From Patescibacteria group bacterium (lineage in GTDB: Bacteria; Patescibacteriota; Patescibacteriia; Buchananbacterales; UBA6539), in assembly GCA_041662625.1 (NCBI GenBank), contig JBAZSB010000001.1, positions 855,710-919,709 on the forward strand: a stretch of 64,000 nucleotides of DNA, written 5' to 3'. Shown one piece after another: positions 57,412-64,000 of the stretch (position 1 is the stretch's first letter; each line of letters opens with the position of its first letter). Position numbers and translations under genes: made by a program. Below the pieces are notes generated by a model, which was given only the letters and a program-made list of their open reading frames with translations, had not been told where the DNA came from and did no database searches.

Positions 57412-57444
57412 GCCTCTGTCTTTAACCGGACAGAGGCATTTTTT
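57412..57444 (+). terminator. Rho-independent terminator of serA
   Basis: GCCTCTGTC-tttaaccg-GACAGAGGC followed by T7. Confidence 0.75.
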
Positions 57445-57517
57445 TAATATTTTTTTGCTTTAATATTTGTTTGTAATTTCCTGGATTAATTTTTTACAAA
57501 TTGGCAAGGCGGGTTGA

Positions 57518-57639
57518 CCCGGTAGTGATCCCCCCACTTTTATATGTGGGATCACAAACGGGTGAGATATAAAAAATTATAATTAATATTATTAATAGAT
57601 AACTCCCATAATTAAAAAAGTGGGGGGACTACTACCGGG
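57518..57639. mobile_element. MITE, family C copy B, with a TTGA target duplication
   Basis: Differs from copy A only by a one-base G-run length; flanked by (G)TTGA on both sides. Confidence 0.8.
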
Positions 57640-57668
57640 TTGACAAAGCTATTATTTGTTGTATAATA
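57640..57668 (+). promoter_or_regulatory. Sigma-70-like promoter of khpA
   Basis: TTGACA-17 bp-TATAAT; the -35 box incorporates the MITE target duplication. Confidence 0.55.
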
Positions 57669-57807
57669 TTTTAAGTTCCTCAAAACAGGAACTGGTACCA
57701 GACTGTTTTTCAGCAACCTCTCGGTTGCCTGGAAGGTCGGCAGACTGGTTGTTAATGTAAGTAATTCATTCCGACTTTCTTGAGTCGGAGTGACACGGTA
57801 TTGTTCT

Positions 57808-58122
57808 ATGGCAGCAAAAGAAGCTGATCAAGAGTTTGTCGAACACCTTGTCAAAGCCATTGTGGCTAACCCAAGTGATGTGAAGACAGAACGAACAGTT
57901 GACGAGATGGGAGTATTAATTACTCTTCATCTAAACCCATCAGACATGGGCTATGTCATTGGCCGCCAAGGCCAAACTGCTCGGGCAATCCGCACCCTCC
58001 TTAAAATTGTTGGTGCTAAACACAATGCCCGGGTCAACCTCAAAATTCATGAACCTGAAGGTTCAAGACGAGGCCGAGCTGCTGAAGCTGATACTTCAGT
58101 AGTCGACGATTTAAAAATCTAA
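57808..58122 (+). CDS. khpA: KH-domain RNA-binding protein (KhpA/YlqC, UPF0109)
   Basis: GYVIGRQGQTARAIRTLLKIVGAKHNARVNLKI; ATG at 57808 preferred (the track start at 57790 is GTG). Confidence 0.75.
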   Translation: MAAKEADQEFVEHLVKAIVANPSDVKTERTVDEMGVLITLHLNPSDMGYVIGRQGQTARAIRTLLKIVGAKHNARVNLKIHEPEGSRRGRAAEADTSVVDDLKI

Positions 58123-58321
58123 CTAGGATTTTCCCCCCTCACCTTCTGCACGTCATCAAACTAATTGACCAAGTTTTTCAAGAGTTTGCATCAATTAGTT
58201 TATGAAGATAATGATGGATAGAAGGTGAGGGGGGTTTGTTTACCAAAAGTTAGACAAAAGTGGCGATAATTGTTAAATTTAAGTATATAAGTCTATTTAA
58301 AATAGCTCTGTTTCATAGAAT

Positions 58322-59857
58322 ATGAAGGGAAATTTAAGCAAGGGACGGATAATTTTACTAGCCATGGTTTTAGGCTTTGTTTTTATATTTGTTTATAGTC
58401 CTCATTTTAGTTATCCTTTCCCGTTTCATATTGATGAGTGGCATCATATTTCTCAGTCAATTAGGCTAGGAAATTATGGTGATTATTTTCAAATGATGCA
58501 ACTTGAGAATGCCAGAAGGGCGCCCGGGATGGAGATTGGCTTTCATTTCTTTTTGTTTTTAATTTCTTGGTTATTTAATTTAGTTTCCACTTATCAATTT
58601 TTACCAGCATTTTGGGCAGTAATTTCCGCCCTAGTTTTGTTTTTTGTTGTTTACAAAAAAACCGATCGGAATTTTTTTCTGGCCTTGCTAGCTATTATTT
58701 TTTTTGGTTCGCTTAAATCCAACACCAATCTGACTGGACTGTGGTTTTTTACGCCCCTAACTTTTTCTATCCCCTTAATTTTTCTTTATTTTTATTTATT
58801 TAGTGAAGGCGTGGAAAAACAAAATAATAAACTAATTTTAGCCAGCCTGGCTTTGATGATAATTTTGATTCCAACCCATTCTATCTCTTTACTTTTTGCC
58901 CTGCCTGCCCTCATCATTTATTTAATTTTTAATTTTAAGTATGTTTTTAAAAATAGTCTTTTATTTTTGACCTTTTTGATCATCCCAATTTTTGGCGTTT
59001 TGTTTTACAAGTATATTTTGGATGTTCCGTGGGGGCAATTAATTAGCCATCTGGCGCAGACTTTGCAATTCCCGCATGGCTGGGGAGTATTAGAATTAAA
59101 AAATTCACCGTTCGAAATTTATAACTGGGCTGGTTATTTTTTTGCTTTGGTTGGTGTCGCCGCAATTGTTCTGAGCCATAAAACTAAAAAATACCTTATC
59201 TATCTCCTTTGGCCGGCAACTATTATTATCTCAATAATTATTTACCGGACAACTGGCATTTCTTATCTTAGCCCTTATCAAAGGAATTTTTATTATTTAG
59301 CCATTAGCCTGCCATTTTTAAGTGCCTTTGGTCTTTATACTTTTATCATTTTAACCAGAAAATATTTGCAGCGATTTGTTTTTCTTCCTCCCAACCAATC
59401 AGTTGGTGCTGTCACGATTAATATTAAAGTCAACCCCAAATATGAAAGGTTGACTCTCAATTTGGTTACTACCATTATTTTTTGTGTTGTTTTAATTCTA
59501 ACCTTTGCCAATTATTATTCTATCCCTAAGCAACTCGGGCTTTATCAAGTGATTGATTCTGACGATTATCAAGTCTTAACTTATTTGTCATCGTTGCCAA
59601 AAGGGAAAGTGATGTCTAATCCATTTCTGGCTTCAGCTATTTTCCCTGTCACCGGTAATGAAACTGTAGCGGATGTTAGTTTTTATGGTGATCGAAAAAT
59701 AATTGAGGAGTTTTTCTTATTTTCCGAGTGTCCAAGAAAAGATGAAATTATTAAGGAACAAAACGTCAGGTACATAATCTCTCCGGCTCCTTTAAGCTGT
59801 GATTTTAAGGTTATTTATGCCCAAAAGAATAATATTGTCTACGAAGTTGTGCAGTAA
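58322..59857 (+). CDS. Polytopic membrane protein (glycosylation-associated)
   Basis: 511 aa with more than 10 TM segments. Confidence 0.35.
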   Translation: MKGNLSKGRIILLAMVLGFVFIFVYSPHFSYPFPFHIDEWHHISQSIRLGNYGDYFQMMQLENARRAPGMEIGFHFFLFLISWLFNLVSTYQFLPAFWAVISALVLFFVVYKKTDRNFFLALLAIIFFGSLKSNTNLTGLWFFTPLTFSIPLIFLYFYLFSEGVEKQNNKLILASLALMIILIPTHSISLLFALPALIIYLIFNFKYVFKNSLLFLTFLIIPIFGVLFYKYILDVPWGQLISHLAQTLQFPHGWGVLELKNSPFEIYNWAGYFFALVGVAAIVLSHKTKKYLIYLLWPATIIISIIIYRTTGISYLSPYQRNFYYLAISLPFLSAFGLYTFIILTRKYLQRFVFLPPNQSVGAVTINIKVNPKYERLTLNLVTTIIFCVVLILTFANYYSIPKQLGLYQVIDSDDYQVLTYLSSLPKGKVMSNPFLASAIFPVTGNETVADVSFYGDRKIIEEFFLFSECPRKDEIIKEQNVRYIISPAPLSCDFKVIYAQKNNIVYEVVQ

Positions 59858-59995
59858 CTGGGGGCGGAAATGATCGATCAACTAATTTTGGTAATGGCAA
59901 AGTGGCTTGAGCGAACTGAGTGAAATCAAAATTCGTTTTTAACCTTAATCGTTTCAGACGATTTTTTCTTCTTTAATAGGGATTAAAGAAAAATA

Positions 59996-61921
59996 ATGAT
60001 GCCATTAAATAAAGATTTGTTTTGCAAGTTCAAAAAGGTTATTGCTAATGAGTATTTTATTATTGCCGCTATTATTTTTTTAGCTTACCTTTTGCGCGTC
60101 CTGCCTTATTTGTTGGGTTATCCCCTGCCTTTCACGGAAAACGGGATAATGGATTTTGACCAAGTTAAATATTTAATTTCTAACCACAAAATCAATTTTA
60201 CCGATAGCTATTATTATTATGGCTCATTTCCAGTTGTCCATTTAATCATTTTTTTTATTTCCCTTTTTGGTTTTGACGCCTTAAAGACTTTTTTGTTTGT
60301 CCCCCAAATTTTTGCCAGCCTAGGGATTTTATTTTTTTATCTATTTCTTAGGAGGTATTTTTCAGTCAAGCAAAGTTTATTTGCTTGTTTTTTAATTGCG
60401 GTTTTTGGTCCGCATATTCATTGGAGTGCCCAACCCGGCCGGGAAAGTTTGGGCTTATTTTTCTTCCCCCTAGTTATTTATTTGTTTGATCGAGAGTTTG
60501 TTGGTGTCACCAAAAAATCTGTTTGGAATAAAATCCTTTTGGTAACCAGTTTGATTTTAATGATTTTATCTCATCATTGGTCGACGATAATGCTGGCTGG
60601 TTGGCTGTTGATTTTCAGTTTTTTATTTATTAAGGAAAAGAAAAAACTTTCAACGGTACTTTTGGTGATTAGTTATTTTGTTGTTTTTGCCATTATTTAT
60701 TGGTATCTGTGTTTTCCTATGGCATTTACTTTAATAAATAATAGAATATATCTTAACTCAATAATTCCTTTAGTTGTCATATTATTAGTTTTTCTTATTT
60801 GGTTAAAGCTTAAAAAATTTAGCCAATTTAATTTAAACCAGCTAAAAATCAGGTATTTACAAGAGTTATCTTATCTTTCCATTGCAATCTTAGTTATTAT
60901 TTTGGCAATGAAAATATTACCCATGCTTTATCCACTTCAGCTTTGGTTGATGTTTATTTTTTTCGCCTTGTTCATTTTGGTTGGATTTTTTAGCAGTCGG
61001 GATAACAACTTGAATAAATTAATGGTCATTAATATTTTTTACCTATCATTTTGGGTAATTACTGTTTTTTATATTATCAACGGTAAACGAATTATTTCTA
61101 TGCCGTTTGACCCTTTCCGAACACTTGAATTTATGATTTTCCCTTCAGCAATTGCCGCGGCTGTTGGTTTCCTTAAATTAACTAGTAACAAAAAATCTTT
61201 GATATTTGGTAGTATCGGTATTCTAATTTTTTTAGCTACCTTAACTTATCCACCCATTTTTATCTATAAAAATAAATTTCAAAATACAATTTTTTATGAT
61301 ATTCGGAGTGAAATTCGGTATCTGCCGTCCGGCATCCCCGAACTGGTTAAATGGGCTAATAATCATGGTTATGGTGTTAAATCGATTATTCCGGAAGTGA
61401 ATGCTTATCAAAGAGTGTTTTTCCCTGCCAAAGAGGATAGTTTGACCCTAGTAACTAATCAGGAAAAATTTATTGCTGATTATTATGATTTGATTAAAGA
61501 TCCGATCCTGAAAATTCCTAATCCAAAATTTTGGGTGGTTGAACGAGATAATCAGGTGGTAGCCTTCGAAAATGATAGCGGTAAGTTGATTCGGCCGCTG
61601 TATGATGCCAGATTTATTTCTTTTGATTACCCCTCGGTTGTAAGTGTGGGTGAAAAACTAGTTATTAAAATTAGATTCAAAAATACCGGCAGTGCCACCT
61701 GGCTACCTAATGAAGTAAAATTGATTGGGGGTAAAACTTTATTTGCCCGTATTGATAAAGCTGTTTTACCTGATGAAGTGGGCGAGTTTATTTTTAGCAG
61801 AACTGTTCCGGCTTTATCCGGCGACGGCATTATTAATTGGTATCCCTATCATCTAAGTGTTGGACTTTTTGGTGATTGGCCTCAGGAAACTAGAATTACA
61901 GTGGTGGGATCAGAACAATAA
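59996..61921 (+). CDS. Polytopic membrane protein with a C-terminal beta-rich extracytoplasmic domain
   Basis: 641 aa, N-terminal multi-TM region. Confidence 0.35.
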   Translation: MMPLNKDLFCKFKKVIANEYFIIAAIIFLAYLLRVLPYLLGYPLPFTENGIMDFDQVKYLISNHKINFTDSYYYYGSFPVVHLIIFFISLFGFDALKTFLFVPQIFASLGILFFYLFLRRYFSVKQSLFACFLIAVFGPHIHWSAQPGRESLGLFFFPLVIYLFDREFVGVTKKSVWNKILLVTSLILMILSHHWSTIMLAGWLLIFSFLFIKEKKKLSTVLLVISYFVVFAIIYWYLCFPMAFTLINNRIYLNSIIPLVVILLVFLIWLKLKKFSQFNLNQLKIRYLQELSYLSIAILVIILAMKILPMLYPLQLWLMFIFFALFILVGFFSSRDNNLNKLMVINIFYLSFWVITVFYIINGKRIISMPFDPFRTLEFMIFPSAIAAAVGFLKLTSNKKSLIFGSIGILIFLATLTYPPIFIYKNKFQNTIFYDIRSEIRYLPSGIPELVKWANNHGYGVKSIIPEVNAYQRVFFPAKEDSLTLVTNQEKFIADYYDLIKDPILKIPNPKFWVVERDNQVVAFENDSGKLIRPLYDARFISFDYPSVVSVGEKLVIKIRFKNTGSATWLPNEVKLIGGKTLFARIDKAVLPDEVGEFIFSRTVPALSGDGIINWYPYHLSVGLFGDWPQETRITVVGSEQ

Positions 61922-61933
61922 TGATTTTGGTCA

Positions 61934-62713
61934 ATGGCTAGCAATTTTTGGCTAGCAGCAGTTAAGATGATTAATAAAATGTTGATAAAAGATAAAATTA
62001 ATATCGAAGTTGATTTGCCGGTTTTTAATGAGCAGGATTGTTTGCAAAAAAATGCCGAGAGGTTGATTGATTTTTTAAAGTCGAGTGATTTTAATTATTC
62101 TTGGCGAATCGTTATCATTGATAATGGCTCCACTGATAACACTCTAGCAATCGCCGAACAGTTGAAGGAGAGATATCCCGAGGTTGACTATCTTAAACTA
62201 ACTCAAAAAGGCCGGGGCCGAGCTTTATGTCAAGCCTGGTTAAAAAGCCAAGCCGACATTGTCAGTTATATGGACATTGATTTAGCTACTGATCTAGCAG
62301 CTTTCCCCGCTTTAATTGATGTAGTTGCTAACCAGGGATTTGATCTTGCCACTGGTTCACGAATGATGAAAGAATCTAAAGTCAAAAGGTCATTCAAAAG
62401 AGAAGTTCTGTCTCGAGGATATATTTTTTTGCTAAGGCATTTTTTACACGTTAATTTTTTAGATGCTCAGTGTGGTTTTAAAGCTTTAAACCGAAAAGTA
62501 ATTGAAAATATTCTACCTCAGGTTTTGGATCAGCAGTGGTTTTTTGATTCCGAGCTTTTAATCAAATGCCAGCGTTATGGTTATAGAATTAAAGAAATTC
62601 CGATACAATGGACTGAAGATAAAGGCAGTAAAGTAGAAATTTTTAAAACTGTGGGTAATTATATATTTTCCGTCTTAAGGTTGAAGAAAGAATTTAAAAA
62701 TTATGAAAAATAA
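61934..62713 (+). CDS. GT2 glycosyltransferase (Dpm1/ArnC-like)
   Basis: VIIDNGSTDNT ... MDIDLATD ... QWFFDSELLIKCQRYGYRIKEIPIQW. Confidence 0.75.
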   Translation: MASNFWLAAVKMINKMLIKDKINIEVDLPVFNEQDCLQKNAERLIDFLKSSDFNYSWRIVIIDNGSTDNTLAIAEQLKERYPEVDYLKLTQKGRGRALCQAWLKSQADIVSYMDIDLATDLAAFPALIDVVANQGFDLATGSRMMKESKVKRSFKREVLSRGYIFLLRHFLHVNFLDAQCGFKALNRKVIENILPQVLDQQWFFDSELLIKCQRYGYRIKEIPIQWTEDKGSKVEIFKTVGNYIFSVLRLKKEFKNYEK

Positions 62714-64000
62714 GTTTGATTATCACGTCAATAATTACCTAGGTGTTTTAGGGGTAATAATTTTAATGGGAATTTTTTTAAGATTAGTCTTCCTGTCAAA
62801 TTTAGGAGGGATGGGCTGGGATGAGGCTTCTCATTCTTTAGCCGGGGTGCTGTTGGCCCGTCTGGTTCATAATGGCTTTGATATCGGCTATTTGCATAAA
62901 TTTATTAGTAATTATTGGGCTAGCGCGGGCAGTCTTTTCTTTTTTCCCTGGGGCTACTCAATTTTAACTGCTCTTTCTTTTCTTTTTTTTGGCTTTAATG
63001 AGTTGGCTGCCCGGCTGCCCAGCTGGGTTTTTAGTGTGCTATTAATTTTTGTTACTTATCTTTTAGCCGAAAAATTGTTTGATAAAAAAATTGGATTACT
63101 TGCAGCTTTTATTACTGCTGTTAACCCCTGGATTATTTTATGGGGTAGCCAAGCCTTAGCCGATGTACCAATGGTTTGTTTAATGATTTTAGCGATTTAT
63201 TTTTGTCTTCAAGGTATTGAAAAACCCGGGATGAAATATTGGATTTGGTCAGGCCTGGCAGGGGGTTTAGCCGGCTTAATGAAGCCACCCGGCTTCATTA
63301 TTTTTCCCTTTTTGGCATTTACCGTCAGTTATTTCCAAGGTTTAAATTATCTAATGAAAAAACAATTTTTAGTTTTGGCTTTGATTGGATTTATATGTTT
63401 TCTTTCGTATTTCGGTTTTGGGCTACTAGCAATTTTGGTTTTGCCAAGGTTAGGAATAATTAATGCCGAGTCCGGCCTTTTAATTTTTAAAAGTATTTTT
63501 CAGTGGTTTGGCCGGTTCCTGCCGTCGAATTTTTTTCAATGGTTTGGTAAAGATTTGATTTACGCCGATTTGGGCGATCCAAATTTTAAAAGCTTAGAAG
63601 GCTGGCTTTATTATTTAAAATTAATTCCGGCGCAGATGGGCGGTTATCTGGTTGTTATTCTTTCAATAATTGGTGCCATCAAACTTTTTCTTGATAAAAA
63701 TTTTAAGAGAAATTTGTATTTGATTTTTACTTTTGTCATTTCTATTTATTTGATTTTTACTTTTATCGCCAATAAAGATACACGCTTTACCCTACCTTAC
63801 TTGCCGTTTTTTTGCATTTTAGCCGGTATTGGTGTTAGCTTTCTAATTTCTATTTTCAAAACAAAACTTCGGGTAGTATTTCTAGTTTTAATTTTGGCGG
63901 TTATTCTAGTAGTTTCAACCCAGCAATTGAACGAGTTCGCCGGGGGAAGTGATATCAGAGTTTATTTGGTAGATGCTATTAATACCATTATTAATTCAAA
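62703..64000 (+). CDS. GT-C glycosyltransferase of the ArnT/PMT (GT39/GT83-like) family, 3'-truncated by the window end
   Basis: ATG at 62703 in a different frame from the upstream GT2 stop; reads through to the window end. Motif SNLGGMGWDEASHSLAG. Confidence 0.6.
   Translation, partial: MKNKFDYHVNNYLGVLGVIILMGIFLRLVFLSNLGGMGWDEASHSLAGVLLARLVHNGFDIGYLHKFISNYWASAGSLFFFPWGYSILTALSFLFFGFNELAARLPSWVFSVLLIFVTYLLAEKLFDKKIGLLAAFITAVNPWIILWGSQALADVPMVCLMILAIYFCLQGIEKPGMKYWIWSGLAGGLAGLMKPPGFIIFPFLAFTVSYFQGLNYLMKKQFLVLALIGFICFLSYFGFGLLAILVLPRLGIINAESGLLIFKSIFQWFGRFLPSNFFQWFGKDLIYADLGDPNFKSLEGWLYYLKLIPAQMGGYLVVILSIIGAIKLFLDKNFKRNLYLIFTFVISIYLIFTFIANKDTRFTLPYLPFFCILAGIGVSFLISIFKTKLRVVFLVLILAVILVVSTQQLNEFAGGSDIRVYLVDAINTIINS

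Noticed and set aside
45640-57444. High-GC islands as contamination or chimeric assembly
   Set aside because: Not fully excluded without reads. It is unlikely because each island lies inside continuous native sequence, some islands have target-site duplications and precise insertion within a conserved gene pair, and there are at least five independent junction pairs on one contig.
1-64000. Looked for rRNA, tRNA and CRISPR arrays
   Set aside because: No T-loop (GGTTCGA-like) or cloverleaf candidates in the intergenic GC-rich patches. No regularly spaced direct repeats with unique spacers. The MITE copies are too few and too irregularly spaced for a CRISPR array.

Overview
This 64-kb window has a low-GC (about 33-38%) backbone typical of a Patescibacteria/CPR-like genome. 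Most proteins are small or membrane-bound, Dpm1-like GT2 and GT-C glycosyltransferases are abundant, and native genes largely lack Shine-Dalgarno sequences.

Backbone content, in order:
- A tandem array of seven diverged paralogs of a small signal-peptide plus 2-TM protein, reminiscent of TrbC/VirB2 conjugative pilins (90-3078).
- A seven-gene minus-strand polyprenyl-phosphate-sugar glycosylation operon (5225-14764), with a convergent DUF2079-like membrane protein.
- yebC and ruvC.
- An alpha-glucan cluster: GH15, glgA, a GH57-kinase fusion, a pyruvyl-transferase-like protein, a GalT-like protein and a ROK glucokinase.
- A class A PBP.
- A nucleotide-modifying cluster: two tetrameric-type cytidine deaminases, a NUDIX hydrolase, a P-loop kinase and a MazG-like protein.
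- The replication-origin neighbourhood (nitroreductase, dnaN, dnaA, rpmH, rnpA, yidD, yidC).
- Bactofilin, rpsT, holA, polA, a short SMC-like ATPase, rpsP and khpA.
- A second glycosylation cluster (58322 to the window end).

Superimposed on this backbone are several discrete high-GC (50-62%) insertions. Each has a canonical AAGGAGG ribosome-binding site and its own terminator:
- a 523-aa unknown protein between holA and polA;
- a DapA-family lyase plus a degenerate receiver domain between polA and smc;
- an ASCH-domain gene;
- a complete serA cassette inserted into the conserved rpsP-khpA pair and flanked by two copies of a 123-bp MITE with 24-bp terminal inverted repeats and target-site duplications;
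- three tiny high-GC ORFs.

At least three families of non-autonomous inverted-repeat elements are visible: 3132-3240; 27760-28425 plus a fragment at 29106; and 55755/57518. No rRNA, tRNA or CRISPR array was recognised.
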